DNA of 64,000 nucleotides, from positions 2,240,103 through 2,304,102 of the forward strand of contig CAWGMA010000001.1 in the NCBI GenBank assembly GCA_963823555.1, read 5' to 3'. The position numbers were made by a program, and so were the translations under genes. Each line of letters opens with the position of its first letter. The first letter of the stretch is position 1. This document shows positions 20,061 to 31,024 of this stretch, piece by piece. Source of the stretch: Candidatus Eiseniibacteriota bacterium. GTDB lineage: Bacteria > Eisenbacteria > RBG-16-71-46 > CAVPCR01. The notes beneath the pieces are model-generated. The model saw only the letters and a list, made by a program, of their open reading frames with translations. It searched no databases and was not told the origin of the DNA.

Positions 20061-22694
20061 ATGCCCCGACCTCCGCTCCCCGTCCTCATCGGTGTCGCCC
20101 TGGCCGCCCTCTTCGCGGCCCCCGCGCTCGCCCAGGACATGCTGCCTCTGACCCCGGTCATCGGCCTCAGCCCGGCCCAGCTCGACTTCGATCCCTGCCT
20201 CGATCCCGGTCAGTGCCAGCAGCTATCGTTCGAGCTGTTCAACGACGTCAACGATCCGCAATCCATCCTCGAGATCACCGCGGTGGATCTCGCCGCCGCG
20301 CAGTTCGCCATGATCGACGGCCCGCCGGCGCCGCTCTCGATTCCGGGCGACGGCACGCGGGTGCTCTACACCGTGCTCTTCTGCCCCAACGGCTACCCGG
20401 CGGCCGGGGTGGTGATCGTGCTCGCGCAGAACGCCCCCAACTCCCCGTCGCTCGTCAGGCTGTCGGGCGACGGCGACTTCCCGCCGGTCTGCGATGCCGG
20501 CGGTCCCTATCACGCCATCCGCGGCGCCCCGCTGACCCTGAGCGGGCGCGGCTCCATCGACCCGGACACGGGCCCCGGGATCGTGTCCTATCGCTGGGAC
20601 TTCGGCGATGGCACGACCGGCACCGGCGTCGAGGTGCAGCACATCTACACCGCCACCGGCACCTACGTGGTCGAGCTCGAGATCGAGGATGCCTGCCGCA
20701 ACACGGCGACCTGCTCGACGACGGTCGAAGTCGGCCTCGGCAACGCCTTCCCGGTCTGCGACGCCGGAGGTCCCTACTCGGGGCTCATCAACGAGTTCAT
20801 CCAGTTCGACGGCACCGGATCCTACGACCCCGACGGGGTCATCACGGCCTACCGCTGGGACTTCGGGGACGGACGCACCGGCTTCGGGCCAACGCCGACG
20901 CATGCTTACACGGTTCCCGGCATCTACTCGGTGGTGCTGCGCGTGACCGACAATCAGAACGCCGCCTCCACCTGCTTCACCCACGCGGAGGTGTTCGCGG
21001 TGAACGTGCCGCCGATCTGCGATGCCGGCGGGCCCTACCTCTCGCGCGTCGGTCTCAGCATCCGCTTCGACGGCTCGGGATCGAGCGACCCGGACGGCTT
21101 CATCGCGCGGTACGACTGGCAGTTCGGCGACGGCACGACAGGCAACGGCACCATGCCGACGCATGCCTATACCGCTCCTGGAACCTACGTGGTGGAGCTC
21201 TGCGTGACCGACGACCGGGGTGATCAGACCTGCTGCGAAACCCAGGCGGAGATCCTGTCCGGCTCGACCCCGCTCACTCCGGTGATCGGCGTCACACCCG
21301 AGGTGCTCGACTTCGGGGGCTGCGTCCTCGTCGGTGAATCCCGCGATCTCGACATCGCGATCTACAACGATATCTTCGACCCCGAGTCCATCCTCGACCT
21401 GACCGGCATCACGGTCGAGGGCGAAGGTTACAGCCTCGCCGGTGGACCGCCGCCTCCCGTCGCGCTTCCCGGGGACGGCACGAGCCGCGCCACCTACACG
21501 GTGCGTTTCGCGCCCAGCGGAGCGGAACCGCAGATCGGCTCGCTCACGCTGACGGCGCCGGGTGCCACCAACACGCCGCGCGTGGTTCCCCTCACCGGGG
21601 CCGGCAACTTCGCGCCCATCTGCGACGCCGGCGGCCCCTATCCGGGTGTCACCGGCACGCCGATCCAGTTCAACGGCACCGCCTCCTCCGACCCGGAAGG
21701 CGCCATCGTCCTCTACCACTGGAGCTTCGGGGACGGCGCGACGGCAACCGGCCCCACGCCCACGCATACCTACACCGTGCACGGCACCTACACGGTCACG
21801 CTCACCCTCACCGACGCCTGCGGGGTCATGACCTCGTGTACGGCGACCGCGGAGATCCTGGCGACGCCGGTGTGTGATGCGGGCGGACCCTACTACGGCG
21901 TGCCCGGCATCCCCGTCCAGTTCGACGGCACCGGATCCCATGACCCCGACGGCACGATCGTGCTCTACCTGTGGGACTTCGGCGACGGATCGACCGGCAC
22001 GGGCCCCACCCCGGTCCACAACTACCCCGATCCCTCGAGCTACGACGTCACGCTCGCCGTGACCGACAACGATGGGTTCACGAGCGAGTGCCTCACGTTC
22101 GTCGATACCGGGGCGGTCCCGGTCGCGAGCGTCGACTCGCTGGCCGCCGCCGTTCGCGACCGGTCGGTCGAGCTCACCTGGATGGCACGGCAGGCGGGAG
22201 ATCTCCTCGGCTTCGCCATCCGGCGCGGGTCCTTGAGCCAGGGCGAGCCACCGGGGCCGCTCCCGGATCTCGTCTTCGACCTCGATGGCGACGGCCACTT
22301 CCGCTTCGTGGATCGCGATGTCGCGGCGGCGCAGCGTTACCTGTATCAGCTGATCGCCGTGGCCCGCGATGGGGAGCGGGAGCAGGTCGCCGAGATCCTG
22401 GTCACGGTTCCGGCCCTCTCCCTCGCGCTGCACGCGCCGCATCCGAACCCGACCGAGCGCGCCGTGGCCTTCGGCTGCGACCTGCCGCGCCCGGGGCACG
22501 CCCGCGTCCGGATCATCGACGCGAGCGGCCGCGTGGTCGTGACGCTCCTGGACCGGGGCCTGGGCGCAGGAAGCTACCCCCTGGCCTGGAATGGCCTCGA
22601 CGCTGCGGGCCGGCCAGCTCCGGCCGGGGTCTACTTCGTCGCGCTGGAGATGGGGGTCGACAGGCGCTGGCAGAAGATCGTGCTGAGCCCGTAA
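20061..22694 (+). CDS. Secreted multi-PKD protein with a C-terminal FlgD-Ig/sorting-type domain
   Basis: Signal peptide; five CDAGGPY..W(D/Q/S)FGDG repeats; C-terminal PHPNP..IIDASGRVV..WNG..GVYF. Confidence 0.9.
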   Translation: MPRPPLPVLIGVALAALFAAPALAQDMLPLTPVIGLSPAQLDFDPCLDPGQCQQLSFELFNDVNDPQSILEITAVDLAAAQFAMIDGPPAPLSIPGDGTRVLYTVLFCPNGYPAAGVVIVLAQNAPNSPSLVRLSGDGDFPPVCDAGGPYHAIRGAPLTLSGRGSIDPDTGPGIVSYRWDFGDGTTGTGVEVQHIYTATGTYVVELEIEDACRNTATCSTTVEVGLGNAFPVCDAGGPYSGLINEFIQFDGTGSYDPDGVITAYRWDFGDGRTGFGPTPTHAYTVPGIYSVVLRVTDNQNAASTCFTHAEVFAVNVPPICDAGGPYLSRVGLSIRFDGSGSSDPDGFIARYDWQFGDGTTGNGTMPTHAYTAPGTYVVELCVTDDRGDQTCCETQAEILSGSTPLTPVIGVTPEVLDFGGCVLVGESRDLDIAIYNDIFDPESILDLTGITVEGEGYSLAGGPPPPVALPGDGTSRATYTVRFAPSGAEPQIGSLTLTAPGATNTPRVVPLTGAGNFAPICDAGGPYPGVTGTPIQFNGTASSDPEGAIVLYHWSFGDGATATGPTPTHTYTVHGTYTVTLTLTDACGVMTSCTATAEILATPVCDAGGPYYGVPGIPVQFDGTGSHDPDGTIVLYLWDFGDGSTGTGPTPVHNYPDPSSYDVTLAVTDNDGFTSECLTFVDTGAVPVASVDSLAAAVRDRSVELTWMARQAGDLLGFAIRRGSLSQGEPPGPLPDLVFDLDGDGHFRFVDRDVAAAQRYLYQLIAVARDGEREQVAEILVTVPALSLALHAPHPNPTERAVAFGCDLPRPGHARVRIIDASGRVVVTLLDRGLGAGSYPLAWNGLDAAGRPAPAGVYFVALEMGVDRRWQKIVLSP

Positions 22695-22917
22695 CACAAG
22701 GAGAAACTGGCGGTTAGGAGTTCATACCGGGATGCCGCGGGAGCCCACCGAAGCACTGGCGGCGGCTGCCCGGACCGTGTAAAATAGTACATGGCCGTTC
22801 GTTGGCCTTTCTATCCGGCCTCGCCAAGCGGGTCCCCATGTCCGGCCCGCCCAACACGGGCTCTGCCCTGCAAGCTGAACCACGATCCAATAGACCACGA
22901 CCGGAGGCGATACACGT

Positions 22918-23940
22918 ATGCGTTCCAATAACCGAGTTCTCGGCGCCGTGATCGGCATCACCATGCTCCTGGCCACCGCACTCGCCGGCCAGGCAGCGGC
23001 GCAGGTCTTCGATGACACCCTCATCCCCTTGAGCCCGGTGATCGGCGTCAACCCGACGAGCCTCGACTTCGGCGAGTGCACGCTCCTCGGCCAGTGCACC
23101 GACCTCGACATCCAGGTCTTCAACGACGTCGCCGACCCGACCTCGATCCTCGAGCTCACGGACTTCGACGTCACCGGCAGCGGGTTCTTCACCCTGCAGG
23201 CCGGCCCGACGCTCCCGATCTCGCTCCCCGGTGACGGCCAGACCGTGGCCACCTTCACCGTGCGCTTCTGCCCCACGAACATCCAGGCGGCCACCGGCAC
23301 GGCGACCGCGACCGCCTCGAACGCGACCAACTCGCCGCTCGAGGTCCCGCTCGCGGGCACCGGCAACAACGCTCCGCTCTGCGATGCGGGCGGTCCCTAC
23401 ACCGGCACCGCCGGTCAGCCCGTCGCCTTCGACGGCTCGGGCTCGAGCGATCCGGGCGGCACGATCACGGCGTACGACTGGGACTTCGGTGACGGCTCGA
23501 CCGGCAGCGGCGCGACCCCGTCCCACACCTATGCCGCGGCCGGCAACTACACCGCCACCCTGACCCTGACCGACAACTGCGGCGCCACCTCGACCTGCGA
23601 GGCGTCGGTCACGATCACCATGCCGGACAACTTGCCTCCGGTCTGCGATGCGGGCGGTCCCTATGCCGGACCGACCAACTCGCCGATCCAGTTCGACGGC
23701 ACCGGCTCGAACGACCCGGACGGCACCATCGTCCTCTACGAGTGGGACTTCGGTGACGGCTCGACGGGTAGCGGCGCCACGCCGACGCACACCTACACGC
23801 AGATGGGCCTCTACAACGTTCAGCTCTGCGTGACCGACGACCGCCAGGCGCGCGTCTGCTGCGATACGACCGCCGAGATCGGCGCCACTCCGGTCGAGCC
23901 TGCGACCTGGGGGCAGATCAAGTCGCACTACAACGACTAG
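22918..23940 (+). CDS. Secreted PKD protein (paralogue of the upstream gene) ending TPVEPATWGQIKSHYND
   Basis: GGAGG RBS, signal peptide, the same N-terminal module as the upstream gene, and two CDAGGPY PKD repeats. Confidence 0.9.
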   Translation: MRSNNRVLGAVIGITMLLATALAGQAAAQVFDDTLIPLSPVIGVNPTSLDFGECTLLGQCTDLDIQVFNDVADPTSILELTDFDVTGSGFFTLQAGPTLPISLPGDGQTVATFTVRFCPTNIQAATGTATATASNATNSPLEVPLAGTGNNAPLCDAGGPYTGTAGQPVAFDGSGSSDPGGTITAYDWDFGDGSTGSGATPSHTYAAAGNYTATLTLTDNCGATSTCEASVTITMPDNLPPVCDAGGPYAGPTNSPIQFDGTGSNDPDGTIVLYEWDFGDGSTGSGATPTHTYTQMGLYNVQLCVTDDRQARVCCDTTAEIGATPVEPATWGQIKSHYND

Positions 23941-24008
23941 GCGTTCGAGCTCGCTCGAGGACATGGTGGGCGGGCGGCAGCGTGAGCCGCCGCCCGCGCC
24001 GCACTCGC

Positions 24009-24821
24009 TCACTCCGGTCGGAGTAGCTCGAGGACAAGGGCATGGAGGGGGCCGTTGGTGGCAACGGCCCCCTCTTCGTATATGGAGTCGGATCCTCCGA
24101 TCGAGGTGAGCCGCCCGCCGGCCTCCTCGATGAGGAGCTTCGGCGCGGCGAGGTCCCACGGTGCCGCCTGGGCATCGAGCATGGCCTCGGCCTTTCCTGC
24201 CGCGACCAGCACATAGCCGTAGTAATCCCCGAATCCTCGATCTCGACCGGCCTGGCGCAGGAGCCGGTTCAGTCCGCCGGCGCCACCCACACCGCGCCGC
24301 ACGAACTCACCGGCGCTCGAGTGCACGACCAGCGCCGCCGATAGATCGGCGACCCCGGACACCTTGATCGGCTCGCCATTGAGGAAGGCGCCGCCTCCCG
24401 CGAGCGCCCACGCCATCTCCTCGAGCATCGGGTTGTAGGCCGCCGCCGCCACGATGCGTCCCTCTTCCTCGAGCGCCACCAGCGCACCGAAGAAGGGAAT
24501 GCCGCGGATGAAGTTGGCGGTCCCGTCGATCGGATCGATGATCCAGCGCGCGCTCTTCGTTCCTTCCTCCCCGAATTCCTCGCCCAGAAAACCATGACCG
24601 GGAAAGCGCTCCGCGATCACGGCGCGGGCCGCACGCTCGGACTCGCGATCGGCAATGGTCACCGGCGAGCGCGAGGCGCCACTCACCTTCCACTCGACCG
24701 CGACCCCGGTCGCAAAGTAACTCCTCGCCACGCCGCCTGCCGCGCGGGCCGCGGCAACGGCCGTATCGAGCCGCGGGTCCACCTTGCCATCGACCATCGC
24801 CGGTCGCATTGCATCGTCCAT
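24009..24821 (-). CDS. Inositol monophosphatase family, histidinol-phosphatase-like
   Basis: PVTIADR, GEEFG, WIIDPIDGTANF, PWDLAA. Confidence 0.88.
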   Translation of the reverse strand: MDDAMRPAMVDGKVDPRLDTAVAAARAAGGVARSYFATGVAVEWKVSGASRSPVTIADRESERAARAVIAERFPGHGFLGEEFGEEGTKSARWIIDPIDGTANFIRGIPFFGALVALEEEGRIVAAAAYNPMLEEMAWALAGGGAFLNGEPIKVSGVADLSAALVVHSSAGEFVRRGVGGAGGLNRLLRQAGRDRGFGDYYGYVLVAAGKAEAMLDAQAAPWDLAAPKLLIEEAGGRLTSIGGSDSIYEEGAVATNGPLHALVLELLRPE

Positions 24822-24970
24822 TTGCCGCGTTCTCCTCTCCAGGGTAGCTCCTCGTTGCCTCGCGTCCTGCCTCTTGCTAGACTGCTCGCTCGCAGCAAAG
24901 GGAAGGGCCGGCCACTTCAGGCACATCAATCTCATAACATGAACCGATTCCGAGAGCGAGGCCAGCAAAC

Positions 24971-27031
24971 TTGGTAACCCAGCATCGCCCGGTGGAGTCG
25001 CTCCTCGTCCGCGCCCGCGAACTTGGCATTCCCACCGAGCTCGCCCGCACCATCCAGGAGCGCGCTCACCACTACGCCCGGACCATGGAACTCGCGCCCG
25101 AGACGGCCGAGTCTCGCTTCTTCTCCGCGGCGGTGGCGGCGCGCGAGGGGAACGGAGCCACCGACCTCCTCGCGGCTGAAGCCGTTCTGCGCGAGATCGA
25201 TCTCCGGGTCAACGATGTGAATCCGGAGCTCAACGTTCCCGGATCGGCGCGGATCGGGATCTTCGGCTGGGGCCTCGTCGGGCCGCAGGTGTCGACCATC
25301 GATGAGTTCAAGGCCAAGGTGTCACAAGGCGGCACCTGGCTCGAGCCGTTCAACGGCTTCGGCCGCGACAACTTCGTGGCCGGCATCCCACGTTTCGACT
25401 TCTCCGTTTACAAGCCCTGGATCGACGAACGGTTCGAGGCCTCCCGCTACGCCCAGATCGAGAAGAAGCTCGGCATCAACGTCAAGTTCGCCATCGGCGC
25501 TTTCATCCAGGCGCTGGGGCAGAATCCGGGAATGGAGCAGACGCTCATCGATCTCGGACTGGATGCCCACATCTATGTCGGCACCGGAGTCGGCGACATC
25601 CCGACCATGTACCGGATCAACGTCGACTACTACAAGGCCCAGCGCCGCTGGAACCGGTACTGGGCCGCGCCGGCGCGCTGCCGGGCGTTGAGCGATTTTC
25701 TCGCTCTCGGGCCGGACGAGCGGGCGCGCTATCGCGACGAGCACGGTGTCCCGCCCGAGCCGGAAACGGCGGCCGAGCGCGCGGCGGACTCGAGTGCAGC
25801 GAGCGGCCGCGACGAAACCTATGTCGAAGAGGTCCGGGAAGCCGCCCGCGACGCCTGGGAGGCGTACTGGGCGCCGCGCTCGGAGCTCTTGGCGGAGTAC
25901 CTCGAGGAGTCGGCCCGGCTTCACGACGTGAACATCCAGGGCGATATCGAGAAGGACAAGGTCCGCGTCATCAAGAAGCGTTTACAGGAACTGAAGAAGC
26001 TCAACGAGAAGTGGGGCGTGCCGCCCGAGCCCTGGGCCTCGGTGTCGTCCAATCGCATCTGGAACATCGACAATGTGCCTGCGGCTCAGATCGCGATGCT
26101 CGGCCGTATCCACGGACCGAGCTTCGCTCCGATCGGCGCCTGTTCCGGTTTCGACATCGCGCTCGATCTCGCCACGAGCGCCATCCGCGACAATCGCGCC
26201 AAGGCGGTCGTCGTCGGCATGGTCGACCCGCCGCCGCATCCCCTCCTCGTCGGCGCCTTCTATGATGCGCGCGTGATCGCCTGCGATGGCAAGGCCTCCC
26301 TACCGCTGACCGGTTTGCGCGGCACGCATGTCTCGGGCGGCGCCCTCATCTGGATCATCGGCGATCTCGACACCATGCTCGCGAGGGGACATCGGCCGCT
26401 CGGTTGCGAGATCGTCGCCAGCGGCAGCTCCTCCGACGCCTTCCATATCATCACCCCCTCGAAGACCGGTCCCCAGCTCGCGATCAAGAAGGCGATCGAG
26501 CGCGCCCGGATTCGCCCCGAGGAGATCGACACCTGGGATCTTCACGCGACCGCGACTCCAGGCGACTGGAGCGAGGTCGAGAACACGGTGGAGATCATCG
26601 GCACCCGGCCGGCGCTCACCGCCAAGAAGGGTGTTTTCGGGCACGGGATGTCGGTGGGAGGCGGCTGGGAGCTCACCGCCCAGCACCTGGCCATGTCCCA
26701 GGGCGTCCTCCATTCCTGCGGCATTCCTGAAGCGGAGCTCAATCCGGCGATCACCGAGCTGGCGACGAACATCGTCGCCGACCGGTCGCAAGTGTTCAGC
26801 GGCACGATCGGCGGTAAGATCAACATGGGCATCGGCGGGATCAATGGAGTCGTGATATCGAAGGTCTGGGAATTCGATCCCAGTGTGGAGCAGATGGCCG
26901 CGATCCTCGGAGTCGAGCCCGCTGAGATCAGGCGCCGGATCGATCACGGAGAGATCACCGGCTACACGGACGAGCACGGCATCGCGCGGGTGGCCTACGC
27001 CGACTACCGGCGGCTCGCCGGTGAACCCTAG
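24971..27031 (+). CDS. Beta-ketoacyl synthase (FabF/FabB-like) with a large insertion and a C-terminal HTH-like tail
   Basis: GACSG (Cys), SSDAFHIITP, LHATATPGD (His), FGHGMSVGG (His), MGIGGING. Confidence 0.82.
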   Translation: MVTQHRPVESLLVRARELGIPTELARTIQERAHHYARTMELAPETAESRFFSAAVAAREGNGATDLLAAEAVLREIDLRVNDVNPELNVPGSARIGIFGWGLVGPQVSTIDEFKAKVSQGGTWLEPFNGFGRDNFVAGIPRFDFSVYKPWIDERFEASRYAQIEKKLGINVKFAIGAFIQALGQNPGMEQTLIDLGLDAHIYVGTGVGDIPTMYRINVDYYKAQRRWNRYWAAPARCRALSDFLALGPDERARYRDEHGVPPEPETAAERAADSSAASGRDETYVEEVREAARDAWEAYWAPRSELLAEYLEESARLHDVNIQGDIEKDKVRVIKKRLQELKKLNEKWGVPPEPWASVSSNRIWNIDNVPAAQIAMLGRIHGPSFAPIGACSGFDIALDLATSAIRDNRAKAVVVGMVDPPPHPLLVGAFYDARVIACDGKASLPLTGLRGTHVSGGALIWIIGDLDTMLARGHRPLGCEIVASGSSSDAFHIITPSKTGPQLAIKKAIERARIRPEEIDTWDLHATATPGDWSEVENTVEIIGTRPALTAKKGVFGHGMSVGGGWELTAQHLAMSQGVLHSCGIPEAELNPAITELATNIVADRSQVFSGTIGGKINMGIGGINGVVISKVWEFDPSVEQMAAILGVEPAEIRRRIDHGEITGYTDEHGIARVAYADYRRLAGEP

Positions 27032-27046
27032 CGAGGAGCCGAAACC

Positions 27047-27211
27047 ATGCCTAGCTACGATTACAAGTGCGAGAACTGCAACAAGAAGTTCACGATCACT
27101 TGCACCATCAGCGAACACGAGTCGAAGCGGATCACCTGTCCCAAGTGCAAGTCGCGCAAGGTCAAGCAGCAGGTGAGTTCGTTCTTCGCGGTGACGAGTC
27201 ACAAGGCCTGA
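27047..27211 (+). CDS. FmdB-family zinc-ribbon protein
   Basis: My translation: MPSYDYKCENCNKKF...CPKCKS..VKQQVSSF. GAGGAG RBS. Confidence 0.85.
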   Translation: MPSYDYKCENCNKKFTITCTISEHESKRITCPKCKSRKVKQQVSSFFAVTSHKA

Positions 27212-27272
27212 CGGAACGCCGGCCCGGCGCCGCGACGAGGCGCGGGTCCCAGGCGGGGTGGGGAGGATGAGG

Positions 27273-27700
27273 ATGGCGATCCTCGGCCTCGGGGTCGACC
27301 TGGTCGAGGTGGCGCGGTTCGAGCGAGAAGAAGCGCGCCACGGACCGGGTTTCCTTCAAGCCGTCTTTTCTCCGGCCGAGATCGCTCGCTGCGGCCGCCG
27401 TCCTGATCCCCCGCGAGCCTGGGCGACCCACTTCGCCGCCAAGGAGGCCGTGCTCAAGGCGCTCGGCACCGGACTCACGGGCCGCCTGTCCTGGCACGAC
27501 ATCGAGATCGACCTGGCCGGCGCCATTCCCCTGGTCGCCCTCGGCGGAGAGGCCTCTCGCCTCGCCGCCACGATGGGGGCCGCCGGGGTCGAACTCACCA
27601 TCACCCGGACGGCCGCGCATGCAGCAGTCATGGCGGTCCTCGTCGGTGGGCAGGCCACAACCCATCCCGCGGGCCCGGATCACAGTGTTGAGGAGAGCAT

Positions 27701-27704
<4 letters not shown>
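27273..27704 (+). CDS. acpS: Holo-ACP synthase (4'-phosphopantetheinyl transferase)
   Basis: GLGVDLVEVARF, FAAKEAVLKALGTG, WHDIEI. Confidence 0.9.
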
Positions 27705-29422
<1,718 letters not shown>

Positions 29423-29462
29423 CCGGGGTGGCCGCAAGCCACGCCGCAAAGGAGTGGACTCC

Positions 29463-29716
29463 ATGGAAGAGATCATCCTCGAGTACATCCGCAACGAGTA
29501 CATCGACGAGGACGAGGCCGACGACATCGAGCTCGACGAGAACACGCCGCTCATCTCGAGCGGGATCGTCGACAGCTTCAGCATGGTGAGCCTGAAGACG
29601 CTTCCTCGAGAAGAAGTACTCGATCACGATCCCGGACGACGAGGCCACGCCCGAGGCCTTCGACACGGTGACGAGCATCATCGCTCTGGTCCAGCGGTTC
29701 CAGAAGGAGAGGCTGA
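29463..29716 (+). CDS. Acyl carrier protein (frameshifted; end approximate)
   Basis: Acidic sequence [33 protein letters not shown] (DSF pantetheine site)..EAFDTV. AGGAG RBS. Confidence 0.85.
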
Positions 29717-29718
29717 GG

Positions 29719-30980
29719 ATGGCCTATCCGAGCGCGGTCAAGGCGGCCTACCAGTCGGATCTGGACATCGATCCGCGACCAGGGCCTCTTCAAGGAAGAG
29801 CGCTTCATCCACTCGCCGCAGTCGGCCGGAATCGAGGTCGAGTTCCCGCGCGGGCGCCGCGCCCAGGAAGGTGATCAACCTCTGCTCGAACAACTACCTG
29901 GGCCTCTCCAGCCACCCCGAGGTGGTCGCGGCCGCCCACGCGCGGCCTCGACGAGCGCGGCTACGGCATGTCCAGCGTCCGCTTCATCTGCGGCACCCAG
30001 GACATCCACCGCGAGCTCGAGCAGCAAGCTCACCGAGTTCCTCGGCACCGAGGACACGATCCTCTTCCCGAGCTGCATGGACGCCAACGCCGGCGTCTTC
30101 GAGGCGCATCCTCGGCCCCGAGGACGTCATGATCTCCGACCGGCTGGTGCACGCCAGCATCATCGACGGCATCCGCCTGTGCAAGGCCGAGCACGACACC
30201 TACAAGCACGCCAACATGGACCACCTCGAGCAGAAGCTCGAGGAGCACCAGGACAAGCGGATCACGGCTCATCATCACCGACGGCGTGTTCTCGCATGGA
30301 CGGCGACCTCGCCCCGCTCGACCAGATCGTGCGCCCTGGCCGAGAAGTACGACGCCCTGGTCTTCGTCGACGACAGCCACGCCACCGGCTTCATCGGCAA
30401 GACCGGTCGCGGCACGCACGAGCACTTCGGCGTCATCGGCAAGATCGACATCATCACCACCACCCTCGGCAAGGCGCTGGGCGGCGCCCGCGGCGGCTGC
30501 GTCTCGGGCCGCAAGGAGATCGTCGAGCTCTGCCGGCAGCGGGCGCGGCCCTACCTCTTCCGCAACGCGGTGCGCCCCGCCCATCGTCTACGCCGCGATC
30601 AAGGTCCTCGACCTGCTCTCGGCGAGCACCGAGCGCCGCGACAAGCTCGGAGCAGAACACCGTCTTCTGGCGCAGCGGGCTGACCGAGGCCGGCTTCGTC
30701 ATCAAGGAGGGCGAGAGCCCGATCGTCCCGATCATGCTCTTCAACGCCAAGCTCGCGCAGGACATGGCTCGCGCGATCTCTTCGCCGAGGGCATCTACGT
30801 CGATCGGCTTCTTCTTCCCGGTGGTGCCGGCAGGGGCAGGCGCGGATCCGCACCCAGCTCTCGGCCGACCACGACATCCCGATGCTCGAGCGGGCGCTCG
30901 CGGCCTTCAAGAAGGTCGGCGACAAGTACGGCATCCTCGGCCTCGACAAGAAGGGGATCATCGCGAAGTACGGGAACTAG
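29719..30980 (+). CDS. kbl: Glycine C-acetyltransferase (alpha-oxoamine synthase family) with multiple frameshifts
   Basis: [55 protein letters not shown]. Confidence 0.88.
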
Positions 30981-31024
30981 GGAGTGTGGCGCGGCCACCC
31001 GGGCTCGCGCTAGACTCCCCACCC

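Noticed and set aside
20223..22697. Long antisense and alternative-frame ORFs (also 33623-36049, 46192-48372, 17388-19967 and others)
   Set aside because: These are shadow ORFs of high-GC genes, with no motifs, overlapping well-supported CDSs.
29719..30980. Serine palmitoyltransferase/BioF (sphingolipid or biotin pathway)
   Set aside because: SVRFICGTQ and [15 protein letters not shown] match the Kbl subfamily better. The actual substrate remains untested.
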